A stretch of 64,000 bases of DNA from Escherichia coli (GTDB lineage: Bacteria > Pseudomonadota > Gammaproteobacteria > Enterobacterales > Enterobacteriaceae): the NCBI RefSeq assembly GCF_044647545.1, contig NZ_CP172818.1, one strand, 5' to 3'. The notes under the pieces are model-generated. The model worked only from the letters and a program-made list of their open reading frames with translations, ran no database searches and was not told where the DNA came from. Made by a program: the position numbers and the translations under genes. This document shows positions 44,005 through 56,103 of the stretch, in pieces (position 1 is the stretch's first letter; each line of letters starts with the position of its first letter).

Positions 44005-44113
44005 GTAGGGTACAGAGGTAAGATGTTCTATCTTTCAGACCTTTTACTTCACGTAATCGGATTTGGCTGAATATTTTAGCCGCCCCAGTCAGTAATGACT
44101 GGGGCGTTTTTTA
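44005..44113 (+). ncRNA. spf: Spot 42 small regulatory RNA, 109 nt, including its intrinsic terminator
   Basis: gtagggtacagaggtaagatgttctatctttcagacc..gccgccccagtcagtaatgactggggcgtttttta. Confidence 0.95.
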
Positions 44114-44138
44114 TTGGGCGAAAGAAAAGATCCGTAAT

Positions 44139-44222
44139 GCCTGATGCGCCATGTTTATCAGGCCAACGGTAGAAGTGTAATCTATTGAATTTACTGGCCG
44201 GATACGCCACATCCGGCACAAG
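44139..44222. repeat. REP-like palindromic elements
   Basis: tgcctgatgcgccatgtttatcaggcc .. ggccggatacgccacatccggcac. Confidence 0.7.
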
Positions 44223-44238
44223 CATTAAGGCAAGAAAA

Positions 44239-44871
44239 TTATTCGCCGTCCTGCGTTTCTTCTACAGGCTGCATCTCGCTAAACCAGGTATCCAGTTTCT
44301 GCCGCAGCTTGTCCACGCCTTGTTTCTTCAGTGAAGAGAAGGTTTCAACCTGCACATCACCGTTAAACGCCAGCACCGCTTCACGCACCATATTCAATTG
44401 CGCTTTACGTGCGCCGCTTGCCAGTTTGTCCGCTTTGGTCAGCAGCACCAGCACGGCGATATTGCTGTCTACCGCCCACTCAATCATCTGCTGATCCAAA
44501 TCTTTCAGCGGATGGCGAATATCCATTAGCACCACCAGACCTTGCAGGCTCTGACGTTTTTCGAGGTACTCGCCGAGCGCGCGCTGCCATTTGCGCTTCA
44601 TCTCTTCCGGGACTTCCGCATAACCGTACCCAGGCAAGTCAACCAGACGCTTGCCGTCAGCCACTTCAAACAGGTTGATAAGCTGGGTGCGCCCTGGGGT
44701 TTTTGAGGTCCGCGCCAGGCTTTTCTGGTTAGTCAGCGTGTTCAGCGCGCTGGATTTACCTGCGTTGGAACGGCCTGCAAAAGCCACTTCAATTCCGGTA
44801 TCGGAAGGTAGGTGGCGAATATCAGGCGCACTCATCACAAAATGCGTCTGTTGATAATTCAAATTAGTCAA
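44239..44871 (-). CDS. engB: ribosome biogenesis GTP-binding protein EngB/YihA, 210 aa
   Basis: (M)[20 protein letters not shown].. with G1 motif GRSNAGKSS; apparent TTG start. Confidence 0.93.
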
Positions 44872-45141
44872 AGCGGTCGTCTCCGTCAGTCAAAGCTTTG
44901 CGGCGATTATACCTGAACCATAATAAAAGGCGGATTTTTCGGCGTGAGCGTTGTAAGTAAAAGCCATACGCTTTGTGAGACATTGCCGATAGTCTTTATG
45001 CGAAATAGCAGAGAAAATTCTGCGATGCATGTCAAATAAGCTATATAAATCAGTTAATTGCTTTTATATAAAACTCTGAAAATGTGCAAATACTGATGGC
45101 GGTTGATTGTTTGTTTAAAGCAAAGGCGTAAAGTAGCACCC

Positions 45142-45384
45142 ATAGAGCGAGGACGCTAACAGGAACAATGACTCAGGATGAGGGTCAGGAGCGCCAGGAG
45201 GCGAAGACAGAGGATTGTCAGGAAGACAAACGTCCGGAGACGTAATTAAACGGAAATGGAATCAACACGGATTGTTCCGGCTAATGGAAAAACAGGGTGT
45301 GTTGGCGGCCTGCAAGGATTGTAAGACCCGTTAAGGGTTATGAGTCAGGAAAAAAGGCGACAGAGTAATCTGTCGCCTTTTTTC
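45142..45384 (+). ncRNA. csrC: CsrC small RNA (CsrA-sequestering), about 243 nt
   Basis: Multiple GGA motifs (caggatga, aggagc, caggaag, acggaaatgg, caaggatt, tcaggaaa) ending in hairpin ggcgacagagtaatctgtcgcc plus T-run. Confidence 0.9.
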
Positions 45385-45452
45385 TTTGCTTGCTTTCTGT
45401 TAGATTCCGCCGCAAATCTATACTGAATAAAACGGCTAAAAGACGAACCATT

Positions 45453-45962
45453 ATGAAACCATCATCTTCAAACTCACGCAGCAAAGGTCATGCAAAAGCG
45501 CGTCGAAAAACACGCGAGGAGCTGGATCAGGAAGCTCGTGACCGTAAGCGTCAGAAAAAACGTCGTGGTCATGCGCCGGGCAGCCGCGCAGCGGGCGGTA
45601 ACACCTCGTCAGGCAGCAAAGGCCAGAACGCACCAAAAGATCCACGTATTGGCAGTAAAACCCCTATTCCATTGGGCGTGACTGAAAAAGTCACCAAACA
45701 GCACAAACCGAAGAGTGAGAAACCTATGCTTTCACCGCAGGCGGAGTTGGAATTACTGGAAACGGATGAGCGTCTGGATGCGCTGCTGGAACGTCTGGAA
45801 GCAGGCGAAACCCTGAGCGCCGAAGAGCAATCCTGGGTGGATGCTAAACTGGATCGTATTGATGAGTTGATGCAGAAACTCGGCCTCTCTTATGACGATG
45901 ACGAAGAAGAGGAAGAAGACGAGAAGCAAGAAGACATGATGCGTCTGCTGCGGGGCAACTAA
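45453..45962 (+). CDS. yihI: Der GTPase-activating protein YihI, 169 aa
   Basis: [46 protein letters not shown]..; internal ATG of track ORF. Confidence 0.92.
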
Positions 45963-46150
45963 CGGATTGCCGCCGTGGGCCTTCCCGTTCTGCTGATAAC
46001 CCTTCCGGTTATATGTTATCTGGTGTGGTTATTCGTTAAACTACAGCGGTTGTCGCGGCGACAAAAGTGGCTGCGCAACCGGCTGATGACCCGAAACGGG
46101 CATCCGCCGGTACGCCGTAGCCGCCAGAGACGCCATCGGAAGGAGTGAGC

Positions 46151-47524
46151 ATGTCTGTACAGCAAATCGACTGGGATCTGGCCCTGATCCAGAAATATAA
46201 CTATTCCGGGCCACGATACACCTCGTACCCGACCGCGCTGGAGTTTTCAGAAGACTTCGGCGAACAGGCGTTTTTACAAGCCGTGGCGCGCTATCCTGAG
46301 CGTCCATTATCTCTCTACGTACATATTCCGTTCTGCCATAAGCTTTGTTACTTCTGCGGTTGCAATAAGATAGTTACTCGCCAGCAGCACAAGGCCGATC
46401 AGTATCTGGACGCGCTGGAGCAAGAAATCGTCCATCGTGCACCGCTTTTTGCCGGGCGCAAGGTGAGCCAGCTGCACTGGGGCGGTGGTACGCCGACGTA
46501 TCTGAACAAAGCGCAAATCAGCCGTCTGATGAAGCTGCTGCGCGAAAACTTCCAGTTCAATGCCGATGCGGAGATTTCGATCGAAGTCGATCCGCGCGAA
46601 ATCGAACTGGATGTACTCGATCATTTACGCGCCGAGGGCTTTAATCGCCTGAGCATGGGCGTGCAGGACTTCAACAAAGAAGTGCAACGTCTGGTTAACC
46701 GCGAGCAGGATGAAGAGTTCATCTTTGCACTGCTTAACCATGCGCGTGAGATTGGCTTTACCTCCACCAACATCGACCTGATTTACGGTCTGCCGAAACA
46801 GACGCCGGAAAGTTTTGCCTTTACCCTGAAACGTGTGGCGGAGCTGAACCCCGATCGTCTGAGCGTCTTTAACTACGCGCATTTGCCGACCATTTTTGCT
46901 GCTCAGCGCAAAATCAAAGATGCTGACCTGCCGAGTCCGCAGCAAAAACTCGATATCCTGCAGGAAACCATTGCCTTCCTGACGCAATCGGGCTATCAGT
47001 TTATCGGGATGGATCACTTTGCCCGCCCGGATGACGAGCTGGCGGTGGCCCAGCGTGAAGGCGTGCTGCATCGTAACTTCCAGGGCTACACCACTCAGGG
47101 CGATACCGATCTGCTGGGGATGGGCGTTTCCGCCATCAGTATGATTGGCGACTGCTACGCGCAGAACCAGAAAGAGTTGAAGCACTACTATCAGCAAGTG
47201 GATGAACAAGGCAACGCGCTGTGGCGTGGTATTGCGCTAACGCGTGATGACTGTATTCGCCGCGATGTGATTAAGTCGCTCATCTGCAACTTCCGTCTGG
47301 ATTACGCTCCCATTGAGCAACAGTGGGATTTGCACTTCGCTGATTACTTTGCGGAAGATCTCAAGCTGCTCGCCCCGTTAGCAAAAGATGGGCTGGTGGA
47401 TGTGGATGAGAAGGGGATTCAGGTGACGGCGAAAGGTCGCTTGCTGATCCGCAACATTTGCATGTGCTTTGATACCTATCTGCGCCAGAAAGCGCGGATG
47501 CAGCAGTTCTCACGGGTGATTTAA
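46151..47524 (+). CDS. hemN: oxygen-independent coproporphyrinogen III oxidase (radical SAM), 457 aa
   Basis: Radical SAM CxxxCxxC (CHKLCYFCGC); start at second Met MSVQQIDWDL. Confidence 0.95.
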   Translation: MSVQQIDWDLALIQKYNYSGPRYTSYPTALEFSEDFGEQAFLQAVARYPERPLSLYVHIPFCHKLCYFCGCNKIVTRQQHKADQYLDALEQEIVHRAPLFAGRKVSQLHWGGGTPTYLNKAQISRLMKLLRENFQFNADAEISIEVDPREIELDVLDHLRAEGFNRLSMGVQDFNKEVQRLVNREQDEEFIFALLNHAREIGFTSTNIDLIYGLPKQTPESFAFTLKRVAELNPDRLSVFNYAHLPTIFAAQRKIKDADLPSPQQKLDILQETIAFLTQSGYQFIGMDHFARPDDELAVAQREGVLHRNFQGYTTQGDTDLLGMGVSAISMIGDCYAQNQKELKHYYQQVDEQGNALWRGIALTRDDCIRRDVIKSLICNFRLDYAPIEQQWDLHFADYFAEDLKLLAPLAKDGLVDVDEKGIQVTAKGRLLIRNICMCFDTYLRQKARMQQFSRVI

Positions 47525-47589
47525 ATAGTGAATGGCGCTTCGTTTACAAAGTAGAAAACGAAAGCGCCATCAATGTGCTGAGAACAAGA

Positions 47590-47745
47590 TTGCCTGATGC
47601 GCTGGGCAACAAAACCTGTAGAAATTATTGCTTTTGTAGGCCAGATAAGGCGTTTACGCCGCATCTGGCATCTGAGCATGATGCCTGATGCGACGCTGGT
47701 CGCGTCTTATCAGGCCTACGACTTTCTCCGCATCCGGCATAAACA
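47590..47745. repeat. REP/BIME cluster between hemN and glnG
   Basis: Repeated gcctgatgcgacgctgg / ggataaggcgtttacgccgcatc motifs. Confidence 0.85.
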
Positions 47746-47974
47746 ACGAGCTTCAGCTAAACAGCCCAATCATCGCGGCACACAGCACGGCAGCAACGGC
47801 AGTTTGCGGTGTGTGGCTGTCAACTGCGCCACTCGATACCAGATTAATTATTGATTCCAGCATAATGACTCTCCCCGTTTTCCGGGCAAGATCATACTGA
47901 ACTTATCGGAACAGTAAAGCGCAAAATACCAGCAATTTGCGCTCAATAATCAATCTTTACACACAAGCCGTGAA

Positions 47975-49384
47975 TCACTCCATTCCCAGCTCTTTTAACT
48001 TCCGCGTCAGAGTGTTACGCCCCCAGCCGAGTAGCCGCGCCGCTTCCTGTTTATGCCCCTGCGTATGTCGCAACGCGGTCGTCAGTAACGTCCGCTCCAA
48101 CTCTGGTTGCGCTTCAGACAGCAAGTTTTGATGACCGGAACGTAGCGCCCGATCTGCCCACTGTGCTAACAGCGTTGCCCAACTGTCCGGCTGCATTTGT
48201 GAAGTGCTTTCCGGTACGGTTGATTCAAACAGTTCGCCAGGCAAATCCTGAATCAACACTTCCTGTCCGGCAGCCATTACCGTTAGCCAGCGGCAGGTGT
48301 TTTCCAGCTGGCGCACGTTGCCTGGCCACGCCAGACGCGTCAGAGCGGCTTCAGTTTCCGGATGCAGCAACTTTGCTTCTACGCCCAGCTCGCGAGCAGC
48401 AACTTGTAAAAAATGGTGTGCCAGACGGGGAATATCTTCCCGACGCTCACGCAGCGGCGGCAGATGAACACGGATGACGTTCAGGCGGTGGAACAGATCC
48501 TCACGGAACTTGCCTTCCTGCACCCGCTGTTCGAGATTCTGGTGAGTGGCAGCGATAATCCGCACATCCACTTTCACCGGTGCATAGCCGCCAACGCGAT
48601 AAAACTGACCGTCTGCCAGCACGCGCAGCAAACGCGTCTGCACATCCAGCGGCATATCGCCAATTTCATCGAGAAATAACGTGCCGCCATCGGCTTGTTC
48701 AAAACGCCCCTGACGAATGGTATTCGCGCCGGTAAACGCGCCTTTCTCGTGACCAAACAGTTCTGATTCGATCAAATCCTTCGGGATAGCCGCCATATTG
48801 AGCGCGATAAACGGCGCTTTGGCTCGCGGGCTGTGGCGATGCAGGGCATGAGCGACCAGTTCTTTACCAGTGCCGGATTCGCCGTTGATCAGCACGCTAA
48901 TGGAAGAACGCGAAAGTCGACCGATAATACGGAACACGTCCTGCATGGCTGGCGCTTCGCCGATGATATCGGTCGTTGGGCCGTTAAGCTGAACATTACG
49001 CGGCTGCTGCTGTTCCTGATAATGACTGATGGCGCGCTCAACCAGCGCCACGGCTTCGTCGATATCAAACGGTTTGGGCAGATAATCAAACGCCCCTTGT
49101 TGATAGGCGCTGACGGCAGCATCCAGATCGGAATGTGCGGTCATAATGATGACCGGAAGCATTGGATGGCGCTGTTTAATCTGCTTGAGCAGCGCCAGCC
49201 CGTCCATTCCCGGCATACGGATATCTGAAAGCAGTACATCCGGCGTTTTGCTCGCCAACGCCTCCAGTACTTCCGCGCCGTTCTCAAATGTCGTACAGGT
49301 TAAACCCGCTCCAGCGAGCGCACGTTCAAGCACCCAACGGATGGAACTATCGTCATCGACTACCCAGACTATCCCTCGTTGCAT
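47975..49384 (-). CDS. glnG: nitrogen regulation response regulator NtrC (sigma-54 activator), 469 aa
   Basis: [23 protein letters not shown].. receiver, AAA+ (GESGTGKE) and HTH domains. Confidence 0.96.
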   Translation of the reverse strand: MQRGIVWVVDDDSSIRWVLERALAGAGLTCTTFENGAEVLEALASKTPDVLLSDIRMPGMDGLALLKQIKQRHPMLPVIIMTAHSDLDAAVSAYQQGAFDYLPKPFDIDEAVALVERAISHYQEQQQPRNVQLNGPTTDIIGEAPAMQDVFRIIGRLSRSSISVLINGESGTGKELVAHALHRHSPRAKAPFIALNMAAIPKDLIESELFGHEKGAFTGANTIRQGRFEQADGGTLFLDEIGDMPLDVQTRLLRVLADGQFYRVGGYAPVKVDVRIIAATHQNLEQRVQEGKFREDLFHRLNVIRVHLPPLRERREDIPRLAHHFLQVAARELGVEAKLLHPETEAALTRLAWPGNVRQLENTCRWLTVMAAGQEVLIQDLPGELFESTVPESTSQMQPDSWATLLAQWADRALRSGHQNLLSEAQPELERTLLTTALRHTQGHKQEAARLLGWGRNTLTRKLKELGME

Positions 49385-49395
49385 AAACGTCACCT

Positions 49396-50445
49396 TTATT
49401 TCCTGATAGGCAGGTAAACCGAGAACTCGGTATGACCTGGCCAACTGGTAAATTCAATTTTGCCTGAATGCTGATCAATCAAATTACGGGCGATGGATAA
49501 GCCAAGCCCGGTGCCACCTTCGCGGCCGCTGACCATCGGGTAAAACAGCGTATCCTGCAAATGAGGCGGAATGCCCGGCCCGTTATCTTCCACATCAATC
49601 CGCGCCGCCAGCCGATAGCGCTCGCCGTGCAAGGTCAGTTGAAACGCTGTGCGGGTACGCAGAATGATTTCACCACCCTCCGGCCCCAGCGCCTGTAGCG
49701 CATTGCGCACAATATTCAGCAAGACCTGTTCAATTTGATCCGGGTCGTGCGCCAGTTCCGGCAGGCTGGGATCGTAATCACGAATCAACCGCACGTTGTC
49801 CGGCAGTTCCATCGACACCAGCGTCACCACGCGTTCAGCCACTTTGTGAATACTTTCGGTAACGCGCGTACCGGGCAGCTGCGGCCCCAACAGACGGTCG
49901 ACCAGATTTCGCAGCCGGTCCGCCTGTTCGATAATTACTTTGGTATATTCGAGTAGTGACGGGTCAGGTAATGCCTTGCTGAGTAGCTGCGCCGCACCAC
50001 GTAAACCGCCAAGCGGATTTTTAATCTCATGCGCCAGGCCGCGCACTAAATCACGGGCAGCAACCTGCTGGGCGTGCTGTAGCTGTTCCTGACTTAAGCG
50101 GCGCTGGTTATCCATCGGTGCCATCTCCAGCAGGATCATGCCGTCCGGCATACGCTGGGCCGTCACAGAAAGGATATGCGAACGCCCGTCGATGACCAGC
50201 GTCACTTCGTTATCGGTAAAACCTTGCCCCGCCTCCAGACTTTCTTGCATCAGCTCGATATTTAATGAGAAGTAGCTCAACAGTTCCGGTAACGGTGTAC
50301 CAAACAATTTGCGGGAGCTTTGGGCGAGCAGTTGTTGCGCGGCGGGGTTGGCGTAATGGATCGCCAGGTTGTCATCGATTAACAAAATACTGTTAATCAG
50401 CGAGTTGAGGATCTGCCCAGCATCGGGCTGCGTGCCTGTTGCCAT
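49396..50445 (-). CDS. glnL: nitrogen regulation sensor histidine kinase NtrB, 349 aa
   Basis: PAS, H-box (HEIKNPL) and ATPase domains. Confidence 0.96.
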
Positions 50446-50531
50446 AAAGCAGTCTCCTGAACAGGTTGCACCATTTTAGTGCATTATAGCTTTTTACGGA
50501 TAAAAAGCGCGAAGCATCAGAGAATTGACGG

Positions 50532-50558
50532 AGAAAAAAGCCCATGCAGAGATGGGCT
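50532..50558 (-). terminator. intrinsic terminator between glnA and glnL
   Basis: Hairpin agcccatctctgcatgggct followed by TTTTTT on the minus strand. Confidence 0.7.
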
Positions 50559-50583
50559 GAAGTTTCCCGAACAACTTCAACTA

Positions 50584-51993
50584 TTAGACGCTGTAGTACA
50601 GCTCAAACTCTACCGGATGCGGAGTCATACGCACACGGTCATCTTCTTCGCGACGCAGAGCGATGTACGCATCGATCGCTTCATCAGTGAACACGCCACC
50701 GGCTTTCAGGAACTCGCGGTCCAGATCCAGTTCGTTCAGTGCTTCTTCCAGAGAACCAGCAACCTGTGGGATCTCTTTCGCTTCTTCCGGCGGCAGGTCA
50801 TACAGGTTTTTGTCCATCGCTTCGCCCGGATGGATCTTGTTCTTGATACCGTCAAGACCGGCCATCAGCAGGGCAGCAAAGCACAGGTACGGGTTAGCCG
50901 CCGGGTCCGGGAAACGTACTTCGATACGACGTGCTTTCGGAGAAGAAACCACCGGAATACGGATAGACGCAGAACGGTTACGCGCAGAGTAAGCCAGCAT
51001 TACCGGTGCTTCGTAGCCCGGGACCAGACGCTTATAAGAGTTGGTGGTCGGGTTTGCCAGGGCGTTAATTGCTTTCGCGTGTTTGATTACGCCGCCAATG
51101 TAGTACAGCGCCTGTTCAGACAGACCTGCGTATTTGTCGCCAGCAAACAGGTTAACGCCGTTTTTAGACAGCGACATGTGGCAGTGCATACCGGAACCGT
51201 TATCACCGAACATCGGTTTTGGCATAAAGGTCGCAGTTTTACCGAAGCGGTGCGCTACGTTGTGCACAACATATTTGTAGATCTGAATTTCGTCAGCTTT
51301 TTTGGTCATGGTATTGAAGCGGGTAGCCACTTCGTTCTGACCAGCAGTCGCTACTTCGTGGTGATGGGCTTCAACCACCAGACCCATCTGTTCCATCACC
51401 AGACACATTTCAGAACGAATATCCTGAGCCGAGTCTACCGGTGGAACCGGGAAGTAACCGCCTTTCACTGCCGGACGGTGACCTTTGTTACCACCTTCGT
51501 ATTGGGTGGAGGAGTTCCATGCGCCTTCGATATCGTCGATAGCAACGTGGGAACCGGAGATAGATGATCCGAAACGGATGTCATCGAACAGGAAGAATTC
51601 AGGTTCTGGCCCGAACAGTACGGTGTCGGCAATGCCAGTGGAACGCAGGTAATCTTCGGCGCGCTTCGCAATGGAGCGCGGGTCACGGTCATAGCCTTGC
51701 AGGGTGCCAGGTTCAAGGATGTCGCAACGGATAATCAGGGTGGAGTCGGCGAAGAACGGGTCAATCACTGCGGTGGATGCGTCTGGCATCAGCACCATGT
51801 CGGATTCGTTAATGCCTTTCCAGCCGCCAATCGAGGAGCCGTCAAACATTTTGCCTTCTTCGAAGAATTCAGCATTCACCTGATGAGCAGGGATAGTGAC
51901 GTGCTGTTCTTTACCTTTGGTATCGGTGAAGCGCAAATCAACAAACTTCACTTCGTGCTCGTTCAGCATCGTCAGTACGTGTTCAGCGGACAT
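50584..51993 (-). CDS. glnA: glutamine synthetase, 469 aa
   Basis: [31 protein letters not shown].. canonical GlnA. Confidence 0.98.
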
Positions 51994-52078
51994 ACTTTAA
52001 CTCTCCTGGATTGGTCATGGTCGTCGTGGTAACGAAATCTGCAATTATTTTGGCCGTGTCGCCGTAAAAAAGATAAAG

Positions 52079-52095
52079 CGAAAACTGTGCCAACT
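52079..52095 (-). promoter_or_regulatory. glnAp2 sigma-54 promoter (-24 GG / -12 GC; minus strand reads gttggcacagttttcgc)
   Basis: TGGCAC-N5-TTCGC element about 90 bp upstream of glnA start. Confidence 0.75.
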
Positions 52096-52139
52096 TTTAA
52101 ATTGCCCCTAAAAGGCGTTATCATGCTTAACATCGTGCA

Positions 52140-52215
52140 AAAGGGCTGCACCATGATGTGAATGTTGCACCAATATAGTGCTTCAATGGAAACATTAAGC
52201 ACCATATTGGTGCAA
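52140..52215. promoter_or_regulatory. NtrC enhancer sites upstream of glnA (tgcaccaatatagtgc, gcaccatattggtgca) overlapping the glnAp1 region
   Basis: Repeated TGCACC-N5-GGTGCA-like palindromes. Confidence 0.7.
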
Positions 52216-52365
52216 TGGCCTTTGGATAACCCTTTTTATGCTCCGTGAAAGCGATCACAAAGGGACTCTGCAATACTTGTTTGCGGAGGATGTTTGTGAT
52301 CCTGTTTTGTAGTGCGATTAATCCGTGTACAATAACGCGCTATTTCTAATGCCTGAGGCAAAGTT

Positions 52366-54189
52366 GTGATCGAAAAATTGCGTAATATCGCCATCATCGC
52401 GCACGTAGACCATGGTAAAACCACCCTGGTAGACAAGCTGCTCCAACAATCCGGTACGTTCGACTCTCGTGCCGAAACCCAAGAGCGCGTGATGGACTCC
52501 AACGATTTGGAGAAAGAGCGTGGGATTACCATCCTCGCGAAAAACACCGCTATCAAATGGAATGATTACCGTATCAACATCGTTGATACCCCGGGGCACG
52601 CCGACTTCGGTGGTGAAGTTGAACGTGTAATGTCCATGGTAGACTCAGTGCTGCTGGTGGTTGACGCATTTGACGGCCCGATGCCGCAAACGCGCTTCGT
52701 AACCAAAAAAGCGTTTGCTTACGGCCTGAAGCCGATTGTTGTTATCAACAAAGTTGACCGCCCTGGCGCGCGTCCTGATTGGGTTGTGGATCAGGTATTC
52801 GATCTGTTCGTTAACCTCGACGCGACCGACGAGCAGCTGGACTTCCCGATCGTTTACGCTTCTGCGCTGAATGGTATCGCGGGTCTGGACCACGAAGATA
52901 TGGCGGAAGACATGACCCCGCTGTATCAGGCGATTGTTGACCACGTTCCTGCGCCGGACGTTGACCTTGACGGTCCGTTCCAGATGCAGATTTCTCAGCT
53001 CGATTACAACAGCTATGTTGGCGTTATCGGCATTGGCCGCATCAAGCGCGGTAAAGTGAAGCCGAACCAACAGGTTACTATCATCGATAGCGAAGGCAAA
53101 ACCCGCAACGCGAAAGTCGGTAAAGTGCTGGGCCACCTCGGTCTGGAACGTATCGAAACCGATCTGGCGGAAGCTGGCGATATCGTGGCGATCACGGGTC
53201 TTGGCGAACTGAACATTTCTGACACCGTTTGCGACACGCAAAACGTTGAAGCGCTGCCGGCACTCTCCGTTGATGAGCCGACCGTTTCTATGTTCTTCTG
53301 CGTTAACACCTCGCCGTTCTGCGGTAAAGAAGGTAAGTTCGTAACGTCTCGTCAGATCCTGGATCGTCTGAACAAAGAACTGGTACACAACGTTGCGCTG
53401 CGCGTAGAAGAAACCGAAGACGCCGATGCGTTCCGCGTTTCTGGTCGTGGCGAACTGCACCTGTCTGTTCTTATCGAAAACATGCGTCGTGAAGGTTTCG
53501 AACTGGCGGTATCCCGTCCGAAAGTAATCTTCCGTGAAATCGACGGTCGTAAACAAGAGCCGTATGAAAACGTGACGCTGGACGTTGAAGAACAGCATCA
53601 GGGTTCTGTGATGCAGGCGCTGGGCGAACGTAAAGGCGACCTGAAAAACATGAATCCAGACGGTAAAGGCCGCGTACGTCTCGACTACGTGATCCCAAGC
53701 CGTGGTCTGATTGGCTTCCGTTCTGAGTTCATGACCATGACTTCCGGTACTGGTCTGCTGTACTCCACCTTCAGCCACTACGACGACGTACGTCCGGGCG
53801 AAGTGGGTCAGCGTCAGAACGGTGTACTGATCTCTAACGGTCAGGGTAAAGCGGTCGCGTTCGCGCTGTTCGGTCTGCAGGATCGCGGTAAGCTGTTCCT
53901 CGGTCACGGTGCAGAAGTTTACGAAGGTCAGATTATCGGTATTCATAGCCGCTCTAACGACCTGACTGTAAACTGCCTGACCGGTAAGAAACTGACCAAC
54001 ATGCGTGCTTCCGGTACTGACGAAGCCGTTGTTCTGGTTCCGCCTATCCGCATGACTCTGGAACAAGCTCTGGAGTTCATCGATGATGACGAACTGGTAG
54101 AAGTGACTCCGACCTCTATCCGTATTCGTAAACGTCACCTGACGGAAAACGATCGTCGTCGCGCCAACCGCGCACCGAAAGACGATTAA
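52366..54189 (+). CDS. typA: ribosome-associated translational GTPase BipA/TypA, 607 aa
   Basis: GTG start; [25 protein letters not shown].. EF-G-like GTPase. Confidence 0.96.
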   Translation: MIEKLRNIAIIAHVDHGKTTLVDKLLQQSGTFDSRAETQERVMDSNDLEKERGITILAKNTAIKWNDYRINIVDTPGHADFGGEVERVMSMVDSVLLVVDAFDGPMPQTRFVTKKAFAYGLKPIVVINKVDRPGARPDWVVDQVFDLFVNLDATDEQLDFPIVYASALNGIAGLDHEDMAEDMTPLYQAIVDHVPAPDVDLDGPFQMQISQLDYNSYVGVIGIGRIKRGKVKPNQQVTIIDSEGKTRNAKVGKVLGHLGLERIETDLAEAGDIVAITGLGELNISDTVCDTQNVEALPALSVDEPTVSMFFCVNTSPFCGKEGKFVTSRQILDRLNKELVHNVALRVEETEDADAFRVSGRGELHLSVLIENMRREGFELAVSRPKVIFREIDGRKQEPYENVTLDVEEQHQGSVMQALGERKGDLKNMNPDGKGRVRLDYVIPSRGLIGFRSEFMTMTSGTGLLYSTFSHYDDVRPGEVGQRQNGVLISNGQGKAVAFALFGLQDRGKLFLGHGAEVYEGQIIGIHSRSNDLTVNCLTGKKLTNMRASGTDEAVVLVPPIRMTLEQALEFIDDDELVEVTPTSIRIRKRHLTENDRRRANRAPKDD

Positions 54190-54206
54190 TTTCGTTTTTT
54201 AGTTAT

Positions 54207-54239
54207 AAAAAACCTGCCATCGCTGGCAGGTTTTTTTTT
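54207..54239 (+). terminator. intrinsic terminator downstream of typA
   Basis: aaaaaacctgccatcgctggcaggttttttttt. Confidence 0.85.
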
Positions 54240-54405
54240 GCCTGTCGTGAGCGCACACCAATGCGAGTATCTCCCTTATAAGTCTGTGGTTACGTCAATA
54301 GAGAGCTTTGTCACAATTATCTGCAAAGTCATACGCCGTTAATTGCTTTCTTTTTTGGCGTAAGCGTAAGATGCTTCATCTGGTTTAAACCAAAAGGATT
54401 AAACA

Positions 54406-55115
54406 ATGGCGGAGAATCAATCCACCGTAGAAAATGCAAAAGAGAAACTGGATCGGTGGTTGAAAGATGGCATCACCACGCCGGGTGGAAAACTCCCTTC
54501 AGAAAGAGAGCTGGGAGAACTGCTGGGCATTAAACGTATGACGCTGCGCCAGGCGTTGTTGAACCTCGAGGCAGAATCCAAAATCTTCCGTAAGGATTGT
54601 AGGGGTGGTTCGTGACCCAGCCGCGATTTAATTACAGTCCGGAGCTGTCAGCGAGCTTTCAGCGGGCCGCAATTGAGCAAGGACGAGAGCCTTCCTGGGG
54701 GTTTACCGAGAAAAACCGTACCAGCGATATTCCCGAGACGCTCGCGCCACTGATCGCAGTGACACCATCAACTGAACTCTATCGCATCACCGGCTGGGGG
54801 GCGCTGGAAGGACATAAAGTTTTCTATCACGAAACATATATTAATCCTGAAGTTGCTCCGGGCTTTATTGAACAACTTGAAAACCACTCATTTTCTGCAG
54901 TCTGGGAAAAGTGCTACCAAAAAGAGACGGTAGTAAAAAAATTGATTTTCAAACCCGTCAGAATGCCGGGCGATATCAGCAAGTATCTTGGCGGTTCTGC
55001 GGGTATGCCAGCGATCTTAATTGAAAAGCATCGCGCCGACCAGCAAGGCAATATTGTCCAAATAGATATTGAATATTGGCGATTTGAGGCCGTAGACCTC
55101 ATCATTAATCTGTAG
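54406..55115 (+). pseudogene. yihL: GntR-family transcriptional regulator YihL, interrupted by a frameshift near 54590-54615 (ORFs 54406..54615, 69 aa, and 54612..55115, 167 aa)
   Basis: Two adjacent ORFs in different frames overlapping at gtga; together 236 aa, matching the remembered YihL length (N-terminal HTH plus C-terminal UTRA-like domain). Confidence 0.7.
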
Positions 55116-55122
55116 GTGTTTT

Positions 55123-56103
55123 ATGGTGACAATAAATAACGCAAGAAAGATTCTACAACGTGTCGACACTCTTCCTCTTTATTTACATGCTTATGCCTTT
55201 CATTTAAATATGCGGCTGGAAAGAGTGTTGCCTGCTGATTTACTTGATATCGCAAGTGAAAATAATCTACGTGGCGTCAAAATCCATGTTCTCGATGGCG
55301 AGCGTTTTTCTCTTGGTAATATGGACGATAAAGAACTCTCTGCCTTTGGGGATAAAGCCCGCCGTCTGAACCTTGATATTCATATTGAAACCAGCGCCTC
55401 AGATAAGGCATCTATTGACGAAGCCGTCGCCATCGCGTTGAAAACTGGGGCATCGTCCGTACGTTTTTATCCACGTTATGAAGGTAATTTGCGCGACGTA
55501 TTATCGATTATCGCTAACGACATTGCCTATGTACGGGAAACGTATCAGGACAGCGGCCTGACTTTTACGATCGAGCAGCATGAAGATTTAAAAAGTCATG
55601 AGCTGGTGTCGCTGGTCAAAGAAAGTGAGATGGAATCTCTTTCCTTACTGTTTGATTTTGCGAACATGATCAATGCAAATGAGCATCCCATCGACGCTTT
55701 AAAAACGATGGCACCGCATATTACCCAGGTCCATATCAAAGATGCCTTGATCGTTAAAGAACCGGGTGGCCTGGGTCATAAAGCCTGTATTTCAGGTCAG
55801 GGTGATATGCCGTTCAAAGCGTTATTAACGCACCTTATCTGCCTGGGTGATGATGAGCCGCAGGTGACGGCATATGGCCTGGAAGAAGAGGTTGATTACT
55901 ATGCGCCGGCGTTCCGCTTTGAAGACGAAGATGATAATCCGTGGATCCCTTATCGCCAGATGAGTGAAACACCATTGCCAGAAAATCATTTACTGGATGC
56001 GCGGTTACGTAAAGAAAAAGAAGATGCAATTAATCAGATAAATCATGTGCGTAACGTACTACAACAAATCAAACAAGAGGCAAACCATCTTCTGAACCAC
56101 TAA
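55123..56103 (+). CDS. yihM: xylose-isomerase-like TIM-barrel (sugar phosphate isomerase/epimerase family) protein YihM, 326 aa
   Basis: 326-aa ORF in conserved position. Confidence 0.85.
   Translation: MVTINNARKILQRVDTLPLYLHAYAFHLNMRLERVLPADLLDIASENNLRGVKIHVLDGERFSLGNMDDKELSAFGDKARRLNLDIHIETSASDKASIDEAVAIALKTGASSVRFYPRYEGNLRDVLSIIANDIAYVRETYQDSGLTFTIEQHEDLKSHELVSLVKESEMESLSLLFDFANMINANEHPIDALKTMAPHITQVHIKDALIVKEPGGLGHKACISGQGDMPFKALLTHLICLGDDEPQVTAYGLEEEVDYYAPAFRFEDEDDNPWIPYRQMSETPLPENHLLDARLRKEKEDAINQINHVRNVLQQIKQEANHLLNH

Noticed and set aside
47597-47900. 85-aa and 70-aa ORFs in the hemN-glnG spacer
   Set aside because: They overlap REP/BIME palindromic repeats and are not supported as coding.
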